From contig OX597840.1 of NCBI GenBank assembly GCA_951406725.2, positions 3,906,001-3,970,000 on the forward strand: a DNA stretch of 64,000 nucleotides, given 5' to 3'. The position numbers were made by a program, and so were the translations under genes. Source of the DNA: Octopus vulgaris (taxonomy: Eukaryota). Position 1 is the first letter of the stretch, and each line of letters starts with the position of its first letter. Of this stretch, positions 26,235-40,820 are shown one piece after another. The notes beneath the pieces were generated by a model that worked only from the letters and a program-made list of their open reading frames with translations, had not been told where the DNA came from and searched no databases.

Positions 26235-26435
26235 TACAGATATAGGGTAAAGAATTATTAATTTAATAATTAATAAATTTTACCAAGTAGTTTCGGTATG
26301 GAAAAAACCATTATCGATAAAAAATTGTCTGTGGAGTCATATCCGTAGTTAAAAGAATTAGCTGTCTTTGACTGCTATTTCTAAATCTTCGGTGTGTGGT
26401 GAAGCAAATTGTTGCTAAACCCTTAATTCCTTAAT

Positions 26436-26436
<1 letters not shown>
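26232..26436 (-). mobile_element. Element E3: same family, centre of the hairpin missing
   Basis: Extension (agggtaaag..ttttaccaagtag..accatt) joined to a right-arm-type end (ctgctatttcta..ctaaaccctt). Confidence 0.65.
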
Positions 26437-26470
<34 letters not shown>

Positions 26471-26482
26471 ATGTATATATAT

Positions 26483-26526
<44 letters not shown>

Positions 26527-26787
26527 ATATGCATTTATACGTGTTTGTATGTATGTGTGTGTGCCTGAGTATGTATGTATGTATGTCATTAGTCAGTTTT
26601 ATTTCAAGATTTCTTGCCAACAGAGAAAGAGCCGGTTTCTAACCTAGATCCAAGACGCCTTCTTTGGAATTTTAACATCAAGAGCGCATTTTTGTATGTA
26701 TATGTTGATAATTTTTGCTTTGTTTTATGTATGTATGTATGTATGTATGTATGTATTATGTATATATGTATGTATGTAACACACAAT

Positions 26788-27031
26788 ACTAGTCATATCT
26801 GTCGGGCATGTGGAAGAGAGTGTAATTCAGCAGGGGGACTTATACTACATGCAAAGGTACATGAAGCCCAGTTACAACTACAGCCGGCTATTGGCGGTAA
26901 AGGTTTTAGTTGCCAATTCTGTACAAGACATTGTAGACCTTTAGCTGGGCTAAAAAGTCACATTCGATCACAGCACCAGTAACAATTAAGCTTCGTGCAA
27001 TGGCCATACTCGTTACCAAGTGGGCAGCCAT
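26788..27031 (+). mobile_element. RTE-type LINE 3' end encoding two C2H2 fingers
   Basis: HICRACGRECNSAGGLILHAKVH..FSCQFCTRHCRPLAGLKSHIRSQH*, followed by the tail shared with 3565-3615, then (TATG)n. Confidence 0.7.
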
Positions 27032-27654
27032 TATGTATGTATGTATGTATGTCTGAGGTGGGGGAATGGTTAGGGTGTTGGACTCATGATCTTAAGATTG
27101 CTGTTTCGATTCCAGAAACGGGCGATGCATTGTGTTCCTGAGCAAAACATTTCACTTCACATTGCTCCTGTAAACCCAAGCTAGTAAAAAAAAGTTAATC
27201 TTCCGACATACCAAGCCTCGTAACGGTATACCAATATACATATGCCTGGGCCTATAATATCGGTGTTTTTTTTTCATTTTATGACTGTGAAACTTTAGGT
27301 CTAATCATTTTCGTTAAACTTTTGTTAACTCCTTTTTGAAGAGCCCCTGTCACTTCCGGTTGCTCACCGAATCTATCCACGCCGCAATTCACTCCTTTAC
27401 TTTGTAACAATTTTAGCGACCAAATCAATGCTCTATTAACGTCAATTACTGTCATCCTGGTTTGTGTTTTGTTTTTATTTTTTATTTCGCTTCATTCTAG
27501 ATTATTTTTAATTCATTTTGATTCATTTTCACTTTATTTTACCGTCATCTTGCTTTATTTTTCAGCCATCTTGTTTTCACTCCATTTTCAAATCAATTTT
27601 TTTCTTTTACCATTTTTTTAATTCCCTACTTTATAAGTTTAAGAATCTATATAT

Positions 27655-27755
<101 letters not shown>

Positions 27756-28799
27756 AAATTTATGAATTTTTTATCGCAGTTTATTACATATCTTTATTAC
27801 ATAAATTTTTTTCGCCAGATAAAAGATTTTTAAAATCGCCATTTTATATCACCTATATTGCCTTTTAAGATTCATTAGCTATTTGTACGCATACTTTATA
27901 CCCACCGCCCATCGAGCGTAGTTCAGTGGCCCCTTAGCTATGTGTTTTTTTATGTGTGTATTTTTTTAAATGCATCTATCTCTTGATATTCAGAAGGATT
28001 TTATTTGTTGATGGAATTTGGGTCCATATATAGAATGTATGTGTGAGAGTGTATGTACGTAGCTGTGTTTTTATAAATTTACGCGTGTGTCTTTGCGAGT
28101 GTGTGGGAACGTGTGTGTAAAAAAGAGTCAAACCGTGAAAATGGAGAACGAGGAGACAGCCATATTTTTTTATAATTTTATAGATTTATATTTATTATGT
28201 TTTAATAAATATGTTTTATAAATTCATATTTTGGCAATTTTTTACTATGTTTTTTTATTAGATTTAGAAAGATATTTTTAATGGTCTTATGCACTTTTAC
28301 AAAATTTAATATACAAACATTTTATACACAAACGCTCAAATTCAAAATGCAAAACTTGAAAATTGAGTGTTACTACCACCACAACCACCACAACCAGCGG
28401 TAAATCAGAACCTAGTCTTTTATCCAAATCTTATCGCAGGGTTCTTTCTATAAAAGACAGCATAAACACGTCGTTTCTCCGTTGAGTTTTCTCTACATCA
28501 GAAGTCTTATTTATTCTAATAGCATCTTTCCTTGAACTGCTGTGCTCATCACTTCTGCTCTATAGCATTCAGTGTTTTAAATTCTCTCTCAATCCACATC
28601 TTTTGAATCTATAGGCTTTTCGTTTCTTTGTAATCCCTTGCGCTACAATCGTTTGAAACCTTATTTGGAAGAAAATCACGTTTAAAAAACGTAAACTTGT
28701 ATAACAACACTCTTTGGTCATTATTATGCATCTTTAGAGGATAGTACTTTCTAGCAAGCATTTTGAGCTCCTGGGCTAGAGATAAAGCCTTCTCTATCT

Positions 28800-29395
28800 A
28801 TTTCTTTACTAACCACAAGGGGCTAAACACAGAGAGGACAAACAAGGACAGACAAACGGATTAAGTCGAATATATCGACACCAGTGTTTCACTGGTACTT
28901 AATTTATCGACCCCGAAAGGAAGAAATACAAAGTCGACCTCGGTGGAATTTGAACTCAGAACGTAACAGCAGACAAAATACGTATTTCTTTACTACTAAG
29001 AAGGGGCTAAACACAGAGAGGACAAACAAGGACAGACAAACGGATTAAGTCGATTATATCGACCCCAGTGTTTCACTGGTACTTAATTTATCGACCCCGA
29101 AAGGATGAAAGGCAAAGTCGACCTCGGCGGAATTTGAACTCAGAACGTAACGGCAGACAAAATACGTATTTCTTTACTACTCAGAAGGGGCTACACACAG
29201 AGAGGACAAACAAGGACAGACAAACGGATTAAGTTGATTATATTGACCCCAGTGTTTCACTGGCCCTTAATTTATCGACCCCGAAAGGATGAAAAGCAAA
29301 GTCGAGTTCGCAGAATTTGAACTCAGAACGTAGTGGCAGAGGAAATACTGGAAAGCATTTCGCCCGGCGTGCTAACGTTTCTGCCAGCTCGCCAT
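28800..29395 (-). mobile_element. SINE family M trimer with 11-bp TSD
   Basis: Three ~184-bp bodies plus one head; ccttctctatc at 28788-28798 and 29398-29408. Confidence 0.88.
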
Positions 29396-29570
29396 AACCT
29401 TCTCTATCACTCATGGCAAACCCTCAGAATGGCTCGGCTGAGCACACACAACTGTTTCTATTGTGCTTCAGCCGGAAAAATTATTGGATATTGACAGTAT
29501 GGAGGGTTGCAGACAACGACAACAAATTAAGTGCAACGTTGTCAATAAAGCTATCGATCACCAATCGATA

Positions 29571-29632
<62 letters not shown>

Positions 29633-29766
29633 GTAAAGTTATATCAGTAGCTTCTTCATATCGTTTTCAATCTCAAATACGTATTTCGATTGGTGTAATG
29701 TCTCATATCATTAATTTAAAAGACATGTTATGAATTTTATATATGTATGTATATTATATATATATA

Positions 29767-29797
<31 letters not shown>

Positions 29798-30317
29798 ATG
29801 TATATATTCATGTATATATATACACATATATATTATATACATACATATATATATATACACATGATATATACGTATGTGTATGTACATATGAATTCATAGC
29901 TACGTATGTACGTATATATACACATATATATGTATATACACATATATATATATATACATATATATGTATATATACATATATGTGTGTGTATGTATATATG
30001 TATGTATTTGTGTGTGATGTATATGGTAGACAGAAAATTAAAGCGGTCCGGCGTGTGTGTGTGTGTATGCTTGTATATGTGTGTTTATTGATGTCCGTGT
30101 CAACCAGTGCCGAGGGGTGTCTCTTTATGTCAAAACATTAACCGAGCAGATCGATAAATTGGAATCGATTAAAATAAGCAAGACATTAAAGTTCTAGACA
30201 TATAAGTTCTAGAATCAATGTCGTCGACTAAAACCTTTGATGTCTCTGCCCCACTATGGCCGCAGTTCGATGACTGAAACCATTAAAGGAATATATATAT
30301 ATGTGTATATATGTATT

Positions 30318-30364
<47 letters not shown>

Positions 30365-30644
30365 GTGTGTGTGTTATGTGTGTATATTAATAAATAATTA
30401 TATAAATGTGTGTGTGCGAGTGTGTGTTTGTGTGTCTATATATGAATATATATATATATATATACATGATGGCGGTTCTCTACTCTTTATATACATAGTT
30501 TGACCACCTCCTGTACCTACACCTCAGAACCATCATGGCACCTGATGTGACTTTTTAAACCAGACTATGTTTTGAAAAGACAACCACGTAAGCTGCATAT
30601 TCGATTTGGACCACCAAGAGTAGCAGATATATACACATATATGC

Positions 30645-30691
<47 letters not shown>

Positions 30692-31000
30692 TTGTTAGAT
30701 AGATAGATGCTTATACATGCATACATACATATATATATATATATATTTATATATATTATATATATATATATAAATATATATACGTATAATATATAAATAA
30801 TATATAGATATACATATATATTTATGACTTGGGAAGGTAACATTTACCTTTTATTCATATATATATACGTGCATACATAGATAGATTTCTTTATATATAC
30901 ATATATACATAGATATATATATATACATATGTATGCATGTATGCATGTATGTATGAATAAATGGTCAATGTTACCTTCTCAAGTCATATATATATATATA

Positions 31001-31322
31001 TAAAGAATAAAGAGAAAATGGAGAGGTAATTAATAAAATATTTATGAATTTTAAATATAACAACATCTCTGACAGCTGTTTCGATTCAGTAATCTTTAGA
31101 TAATTAATTTATAAAATTAAAACGGTTTATAGCCATTATCTCAACATGTATTTATAATCGGTATAGCTTTAATAACTCTGAAGCGATTTATCTTATAATG
31201 ATTTTAATTTTATAAATTAATTATCTTAAGATTACTGAACCGAAACAGCTGTCAGAGATGCTGTCATATTTTATATTTAATAAATACTATTTTATGAATT
31301 ACCTCTCCATTTTCTCCCGATT

Positions 31323-31328
<6 letters not shown>
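31001..31328. mobile_element. (TA)n-embedded inverted-repeat element with a hammerhead-like motif
   Basis: Arms at about 31001-31120 and 31203-31328; plus strand CTGAAGc (31178)..GAAA CAGCTG TC AGAG (31242-31257). Confidence 0.65.
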
Positions 31329-31386
<58 letters not shown>

Positions 31387-31583
31387 GAACCACGGTTAAT
31401 ATGGTAAGCTTATAGTTGAACTTTCTATGGATTGGTAACTAACCAGTATTTTCATTGGATTTATGATCCCTTAATGAGGTTTATTACCTTTACTTTAATT
31501 TATTAAATTGGTTTTTAAGGCGCGCGCACGCACACACACACACACACACACAGACACACACAAAGACAGATAGATAGATAGAC

Positions 31584-31665
<82 letters not shown>

Positions 31666-31856
31666 ATAGATAGATCGATAGCATAGCATAGAATTGCATA
31701 GATTTTGATAAGAAGATGTATCGGAATGTTTTTAGACCCAGACAATTAACTATAACTTTAAAACTCAATATGGAAAAGATGCGATTTATGAAAAATATTT
31801 ATTTTTACTACATCTAAGCGTAATGTAAAATTTAAAACGATTTATTTAAGTAACAA

Positions 31857-31934
<78 letters not shown>

Positions 31935-31937
<3 letters not shown>

Positions 31938-32112
31938 TCTCCTTTTTCTCTCCTTGTTTCTCGCCTCGTTTTTTCTGTGTCCCTTTCTGTAGAAGAGCGT
32001 AGGCTCGAAACGTAAAACACTTTTTCTATTCCTGAGACTTATACTAATACATCTGTTTCTTTTGTAAACCACCTGTCTTCGTCTTTTGCTTTTTCGTAAA
32101 CTCTCCCTACAT
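31935..32112 (+). mobile_element. Penelope-like terminal fragment in (TA)n with a hammerhead variant
   Basis: 31983-32017: CTTT CTGTAGA A GAGC GTAG GCTC GAAA CG TA AAA; reverse-complement homolog of 22238-22410. Confidence 0.7.
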
Positions 32113-32115
32113 ATA

Positions 32116-32169
<54 letters not shown>

Positions 32170-32218
32170 AATTAAAGACAGAACGCAAAAGATATTTACA
32201 CAAAAATTTACACAAGCA

Positions 32219-32261
<43 letters not shown>

Positions 32262-32578
32262 GTTTGCTTGTGTAAATTTTGCATACTTGATGAATATTTA
32301 AATGACATAACGATCAAATTGAAAATATATTTACAAAATTGAGGAATTAGAAAGGTACGGCTTTTTTCACGTCGTAAAATAAATAAATTGTTGTAAAAAT
32401 TACAGCGAATGGCACGTGACTTCAATAAGTGAATTTGAAAGTGTTATGGTGTAAGAGTTAGTGGGCGTAATTTTGAATTATATATACGTATGTAAACGCA
32501 GAAAAACTGTTGAAACATATATATAGACATATATAATTATATATACATATATACATATATATATATATACATATATAC

Positions 32579-32612
<34 letters not shown>

Positions 32613-32637
32613 GAATTTTCTGCTGCTTAAAATAAAG

Positions 32638-32669
<32 letters not shown>

Positions 32670-32699
32670 TGTATATGTGTGTATAATGTGTATGTATGC

Positions 32700-33120
32700 A
32701 TTCTTTTATCCTTTTACTTCTTTCAGTCAATTGACTGCGGCCATGTTGGGGCAGCAGCTTTCGTCTAGCAAATCAACACCAGGACTTATTCTTTGTAAGC
32801 CTATTACTTATTCTATCGGTCCCTTTTATCGAACCGCTAAGTTATGGGGACGTAAACACCCTTGCATCGGTTGTTAAGCAATGTTGGTGGACAAACATAG
32901 AAACACAACGTTTACACACATACACACATATATATATATACATGTGTATATATATATATATATATGTAATCGACGGGCTTCTTTTTGTCTTCGTCTACCG
33001 ATTCCACTCACAAGGCTTTGGTCGGCTGTAGGCTAAAATAGAAGACACTTGCCCAAGCTGCCACGGAGTGGTACTGAGCCCGGAAGCATGTGGTTTGGAA
33101 GCAAGCTATTTACCACACAG
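32700..33120 (-). mobile_element. SINE family A, full length
   Basis: Reverse complement of the 1052-1437 architecture. Confidence 0.85.
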
Positions 33121-33121
33121 C

Positions 33122-33205
33122 ACGGTGGCGTCATTTGAAGGCTAAAACAATGCGAAGCGTATTGTGACCAGCGATGTGTAGCAACATCCGATAGCCTGGT
33201 CGGCT
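33122..33205 (+). mobile_element. Short repeat ending in (TA)n; second copy at 55895-56010
   Basis: gtggcgtcatttgaaggctaaaacaatgcgaagcgtattgtgaccagcgatgtgtagcaacatccgatagcctggtcgg is shared. Confidence 0.7.
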
Positions 33206-33945
33206 AATATTATATATTATATATTATATGTACATCATATATATATTTATTTATATATTATATATATATATATTTATGTATATATATATATATATATATA
33301 TACAAATATATACATATAGGTTATATTTACAAATATATACATATACATATATATTTATATATATAATACATATATGTATATATATATATTATGTACATAT
33401 TAATATATACCTTATATATATTATATATAAAATATATATAAATATGTATATATATATATATATATACATATATATAAAATATATTTATAATATATACACT
33501 TTTTTACATATTTATATATATACATACATTATATATATATATATATATATATATACATACACATATTCGAGCAGACAAATCATTCACTTGTATTTACAAA
33601 TTTATATATATATACATACTCACTTATATGAATAAATAAATGAATGACTAATGCGTTAACAGTATATAGATATACAAACTTATACATTCACGCTCACAAA
33701 ACACGGATATACGTTTAACTATGAAACAGTATGAAAAAAAATTTGTTCAGTGCGTGTATATAAGAGCTTTCAGGTATGTGTGCTTATGTTTGGACCTGTG
33801 TTTGCGTTTGAGTATACGTTTGTTAAGATGAAGTAATTCGTAGGTATTACATATAAATGAAAATGCATATATATATGCATATATATATATATATACATAC
33901 ACAAACACACACATATATACATACATATATATATATATATATGTA

Positions 33946-33992
<47 letters not shown>

Positions 33993-34279
33993 TTGTATGT
34001 ATATATATATACATATATACGCATACATAAATGTATACACATATCTGTATATCAATATAAATATATGTTTACATGTATATCTTTGTATATGCATATATGT
34101 GTGTGTGTATGTTTCTATTTGTGTGTGTATGTATATATATATAATTACACATTCATGTATGTATGTATGAATTTCTCTTTCAACTTCATGTGTATATATA
34201 TATACATACGAATGCAGACTCATATGTATATACGTGTGAGCGTGTGCTTGAGCGACTAGGAGATTTGAACATGCCCCTA

Positions 34280-34367
<88 letters not shown>

Positions 34368-34584
34368 TGCATACATATATATACACATATATATGTATAT
34401 ATACATATATATATGCATATGCTTCTTATATAAGTTTATATGGATATGTACGTTAATATATATACATATGTACGATGCGTATAAGCATAACTACTACTAA
34501 GTTAGCTGGTTTATAGATGCATACACTTCTATATATTATTGCAACTATAAATAAATTTACTACCACACACATTCAAACACATAT

Positions 34585-34775
34585 AACCACACATATAAAC
34601 ACACATATAAACACACATATATACACACATATAAACATACATATAAACACACATATAAACACACATATAAACACACATATAAACACACATATAAACACAC
34701 ATATAAACACACATATATACACACATATAAACACACATATAAACACACATATAAACACACATATAAACACACATA
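34585..34775 (+). repeat. 12-bp minisatellite (ATAAACACACAT)n
   Basis: Direct reading. Confidence 0.9.
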
Positions 34776-35026
34776 GAGATATAATTCTATCTTTGTAAAA
34801 TATAATCTTTTGGCGGTGAATATGTTATTGGGTGAGTGGGTGAGTGGGCAGGTGCGGGTATGGGGACGGACCGGTTGAGATATTGAAAATTTTCTCATGA
34901 TTTTAGCTGTAACATTACATACAAAACAAATATATACAGAATAAACAACGGCGGCGATTGAAATTAAATATATTTATCTGTCCGTCTCTCTCCTCATACA
35001 TCTGTGTGTGTATCTGTGTGTGTGTA

Positions 35027-35078
<52 letters not shown>

Positions 35079-35326
35079 TATATCTGTCTGGGTCTGTGTG
35101 TGCAATAGAAAAATATATCTACTTTTCCATGACTTTAAGTTTCATGCTAAATAGAGCATTCGTCTCAAGAATGAAGAATCGCCTATTTACCATAAAGTCT
35201 TGGGAAAGTAATATTTATCAACTATGATGTATGTATGTATGTATGTATGTATGTATATATATATATATATAAAGAGAGATAGAGTCATAGGCAGATATAT
35301 ATGTATAGATAGACAGACAGACAGAC

Positions 35327-35418
<92 letters not shown>

Positions 35419-35503
35419 TCACTGGAGACAGCGTACTGAGTACACACATTTTTATTCATGAATTTACAATTGCAAATATTAGCTACCATTAGCTACCAAT
35501 ACT

Positions 35504-35619
<116 letters not shown>

Positions 35620-36080
35620 GAGAGAGAGAGAGAGAGAGAGAAAGCGGGGTGGAGAGAAAGTGGCGCAATTGTTACGGCGCCGGACAGAATGCTTGGCAGC
35701 AATTCTCCAACTTTACGTTCAGAGTTCAAACGCAGCTGGGCAGACTTTGCCTTTCCTTATGTCTGAGTCGATGAAATAAGTACCAGCTGAGCACTGCAGC
35801 CGATATAATTGGCTTACCCTCTCCCACAAAACTGCTAGTGTAATCTTCAATAAAAGATGAGGTTCTCTCTATTCTTGTTCCTGTCTTATTCTCCGAATTT
35901 CTTGAAATTCTTCTAAGCGATATTTGGATCCACTTGTCATACATGAGGAATTACCTTGGGTGTTTATTCCACTTGCATTTATTGGTATCTGATTGGTGGA
36001 TATAGTTAACCAAATTCCTTTAACACTGAGGGGTTTTATAGATGTCTGCCTAGATTTATTAATGACTTTTGCAGCTTATC

Positions 36081-36140
<60 letters not shown>

Positions 36141-36382
36141 GGTTGGCCAAAAGTCCCCTGACAGTAAATCAAAACCCATTTAATTCCAAGATTAAGACAA
36201 AAAATTATTTTATATGAGACTTCTGTAATAAATAGACAAATGTTGGGGAAAAAACGGTGATTTTTACTCAAAACACTCAATTATTAAACATTCATAATTG
36301 GAATGACTAAATAAATTTGAACATTAAGTATTTATGGAATTTTGATTTTGCTCGTACATATATATATATATATATGTATATA

Positions 36383-36720
36383 TACGAGCAAAACGTCCCC
36401 TCCCGTCCAATTGACGGTGCTGAGTTGTCAAACATTTAAACCAAATTTTCTCAAAACAACTTGTCCCATAGATCTCCTCTTTGAGAAACACTGATTTAAC
36501 CTAAATTTGAGACACCAGCAAAAGAAGAAATAAACGATTTTACAAATGCACGTTCTCACGGCTCTATCGATCGCATTCTCAACTGGAATCGATTTTTGTA
36601 ATTTTTTCAAGACTTGTACACGCCCTGATACCATCGGTATCTACATATCAAATTTTAGCGCAATTGGATGGAGGATGAACGAGATCCTAGAAGACACACA
36701 CACAGACTGACAACGGTTTT

Positions 36721-36728
<8 letters not shown>
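36383..36728 (-). mobile_element. Non-autonomous Helitron-like element
   Basis: Minus 5' tatataatataaaaaccgttgtcagtctgtgtgtg; near the 3' end a ccgtc-aattg-gacgg hairpin followed by a CTAG-like ctcgta end. Confidence 0.5.
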
Positions 36729-36768
<40 letters not shown>

Positions 36769-36860
36769 ATCAAAACCGTTTGATTCAAATTTGAATCAAT
36801 CTGTTTTGATCCACACATGTGACTCCCAATAAATGTGCTTAGTGACCTTTCGTTTGTCCC

Positions 36861-36906
<46 letters not shown>

Positions 36907-36907
36907 C

Positions 36908-36946
<39 letters not shown>

Positions 36947-36949
36947 CGT

Positions 36950-37015
<66 letters not shown>

Positions 37016-37020
37016 ATATA

Positions 37021-37260
37021 TATATTAGAAAAAATAAGGTACTCAGAGATCTGGCTGGTTGTACATTTACAGATTTTTATTAATATGTCACATCTTTTTA
37101 TTCATGAATTTACAATTGTAAATATTAGCTACCATTATCTACCAATACTTATATAGTGACACATTAATAAAAATCTGTAAATGTACAACCCTCCAGATAT
37201 CTGAGTACCTTATTTTTTCTAATATAAAATACCTGTACATCACCTCCAAACCTTCTAATA
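37021..37260. mobile_element. (TA)n-adjacent inverted-repeat element
   Basis: Arms at about 37021-37091 and 37155-37225; the spacer is nearly identical to 35449-35508. Confidence 0.65.
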
Positions 37261-37368
37261 TGTGTGTGTGTATTTGAGAGAAATAAGTTGACTGGTGAAT
37301 ATATAGGGAGAGAAAGTTAAGAAGGAACGAAAGAGGGATGTATAGGCATAGACAAATCTATAGATAGG

Positions 37369-37710
37369 AGAGATGGCTCAGTGGTTAGAGCGTCGAGCTT
37401 ACGATCGTGAGGTTGTGAGCTCGAATCCCGGACCGGGCTGCGTGTTGTGTTCTTGAGCAAGGCACTTTATTTCACGTTGCTCCAGTTCACTCAGCTGTAG
37501 AAATGAGTTGCGACGTCACGAGTGCCAAGCTGTATCGGCCCCTTTGCCTTTCCCTTGGGTAACACTGGTGGCGTGGAAAAGGGAGGCCGGTATGCATGGG
37601 CGACTGCTGGTCTTCCATAAACAACCTTGCCCGGACTTGTGTCTAGGAGGGTAACTTTCTAGGTGCAATCCCATGGTCATTCATGACCGAAGGGGGGTCT
37701 TTACCCTTTA
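37369..37710 (+). mobile_element. tRNA-derived SINE family B, long variant
   Basis: atggctcagtggttagagcgtcgagcttacgatcgtgaggttgtgagctcgaatcccggaccggg..ttgagcaaggcactttatttcacgttgctccagttcactcagctg. Confidence 0.85.
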
Positions 37711-37849
37711 TTAATAAGTATATTCACACATTTATACATATGTGCTCTCCCATCGTTAGACGACGTGTATGAGAGTCCGACAATTCCTTACCGAACAACC
37801 ACACAGATGATTTTCTTTATAGTCATCAAATGTTTGTGTAGACATAAGC

Positions 37850-38030
37850 TCATTCCCTCCATCAGATCGACATTACCTGTACAGGTGTAACTGGGTGCCA
37901 CATGTCAGGTGTCGAAATGATCACGGAGCAACGTGAAATGAAGTGTTTTGCTCAAGAACACAACGCAACATCCAGTCTGGGAATCGAACCCACGATCCTG
38001 CAATCGCCAGTGCAACACCCTAACCACTAA
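37850..38030 (-). mobile_element. tRNA-derived SINE family B, variant tail
   Basis: Minus ttagtggttagggtgttgcac..ggttcgattcccagactgg..cttgagcaaaacacttcatttcacgttgctc. Confidence 0.75.
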
Positions 38031-38570
38031 GGTTATAATATGGCGATGGAATAATAAATACATATTCAAAATATTGTCGTCGCAATACGGTACATAGCGA
38101 CAAAAAGTACCGAAGATTATCGGCAATATAATTATAAACAAGAATAAGGGGTTTCGGGGCCTCCCGCACTCGGCCCTGGATTACTCTATCACATCAAAGG
38201 CCGAGTACCTTCTCACAGTTTTTGCCGCCAAGCTACTGTATTAACGTTTGTGTTGCTACAGTATTAATGTTTGTGTTACGCCATTTTAGCCGCTCTCTGT
38301 CTAACAATTCTTACGGCATCTTTCGCTTTAACATCAGCTTTAAACTGCGATGTGATGATAATAGTCACGAATGGAATATTCTACAAGATGTCTTACGCCA
38401 TTAAATTAAAGTTACATCTAAGAAATATGCAGAAAAACCTATTAATAAACTACGCATTAATGTTCTAGAGAGTATGCAACGGGAGACAATTTCCATGCTG
38501 CGAGAAATCAAAATAATATTTCAAACACCCTACTTACGCAAAACAAAACGGATACAAACAGCATGTTACA

Positions 38571-38626
<56 letters not shown>

Positions 38627-38696
38627 CGTATATACACACACACACACATATATATACATATATTTACACACACATATACCTATATATACATATATA

Positions 38697-38770
<74 letters not shown>

Positions 38771-38815
38771 TATATACATATATGTATGCTTGTATATATA
38801 AATATATATATATAG

Positions 38816-38868
<53 letters not shown>

Positions 38869-40037
38869 TATATATTATATATTATATATTATATATTATA
38901 CATATATAGTATATATAAATATGTATATATCTGATATATATGATATATAAACAGCTATGTGTGTGTATGTGTGATAAGCAAATTTGTAAGAACTTATTTT
39001 CTAAACACCAAGATCTCATTTTTTTTGTAATCATTTAGAAAACACTTTTGTCTTTTTTTTCGGGGAGGGGAGGGGTCTCTACATTGTCTTTCCTCTGTTT
39101 GTTAATTTATTATTATTTTTTTTTTTTAGCACGAAAAACTCTATTCAGTCTTTCAAATGATTGCTTTTCTTATCTAAAAATATACGATTCCCCCCCCCCG
39201 CCGCCAGCTTCCCTCCCTCCCTCCCTCAATGCTTCCTATCTCTACGCAGCGTGCACATGTATGTAGGCGTGTGTGTGTGTGTGTGTGTCTGTATGCGTGT
39301 GCTGTGAATTTATATGAAATATGTATGTATTTATGCCTGTAATAAGTAGCAAACAGAAGATACAAATATTTATTTCTCAATTTCTGTATGTGCGTTAGTG
39401 TGTGAATTTGTGTTACGAACGCCCAAACGTGTGTGTATGTATATACACACATGTGTGTGTCTATGTATGTATGTATGTATGTATGTATGTATGTATATAT
39501 ATGTATATATATATATATGTATTTGTAACATATATATATATATGTATGTATATAATATATATATATACATAATATCTGTATTATCTATTCTCTGTCATCT
39601 TCAACGTGCATCTGCGTATATATATGTATGTGCTTACGTGTATATAAATATATACATGTATATATATGCACGCACATACACATACAGGAATAAATACTTC
39701 TTTCTACGCAGACCTTCCCTCTCCTTCTCATCAACTTCCTCCCTCTTTCGAGATTTATATATACATACATATACATACATCTATATACAAATCTATATAT
39801 ATATATACATCTACACACACACTCACACAAACACACACACATACACATATATATATACATATATATTCCTTCTAACGTAAACTCTATTTTCTCTCTCTCT
39901 CTAATATATACGCATGTACATATATATGTATATGTGTGTATGTACGTATATATATATATATATATATATATATGCAAAAATATATCATTTTAATATAAAT
40001 ATATACACATATGATATATATATTTTAATGTGTATAC

Positions 40038-40125
<88 letters not shown>

Positions 40126-40622
40126 GTGTGTGTATGTATGTATGTATATGAGTATACAAGCATATATAGATACTCGAACACATATGAGTTTGTCTTATGT
40201 GTTTATTCTAAAATCAATCAATCATTGGAATTTTTTTCAAGCAATAACAGAAGGAACCATTTTTTTTTTTTATTCACTTCTTCGCGAAAAATAAAAAGTA
40301 CCTCTTCAATACAATCTGATAGATGCTGCAAAACGTGCAATTATTTTCATACCATTCTTGTAGAGTAATCTGTAATTTTAGCCATTACTTGGTTAAATTT
40401 ATTCAGTATTCTTTATAGATTTGTTTTTGGTTTTTTTTTTTACTTTTTATTATTTTTAAATATATTTCTATCACCTTTTTTGTTACCGTATAACAAGACT
40501 TAAATACATACGTTTATTGTGAAGAAAACACAAATAAAAAAAAGCCCCATTTTCATCTGAGTATATAACACAATCATTTCGAGAATGTTAGGAGAAAAAC
40601 AGGCGAGATACCTTCATATATG

Positions 40623-40662
<40 letters not shown>

Positions 40663-40667
40663 AATAT

Positions 40668-40733
<66 letters not shown>

Positions 40734-40768
40734 GTATATATATATGTGTATATATATGTATGTATATA

Positions 40769-40820
<52 letters not shown>

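Noticed and set aside
26614-26982. C2H2 zinc-finger ORF as a host ZNF gene
   Set aside because: No TGEKP linkers, it begins in (TATG)n, and it is followed by a tail shared with the element at 3565; fits an RTE-type LINE C-terminus.
33130-33200. SECIS element
   Set aside because: TGAAGGCTA..TAGCCT pairs, but the 3' GA of the non-Watson-Crick quartet is missing and the spacing is wrong.
36136-36300. Tc1/mariner transposon
   Set aside because: TA-CACGGTTGGCCAAAAGT looks like one TIR, but I found no partner TIR or transposase.
37369-37440. tRNA gene
   Set aside because: A/B boxes are present but there is no acceptor stem closure, and it runs into a SINE body found in several copies.
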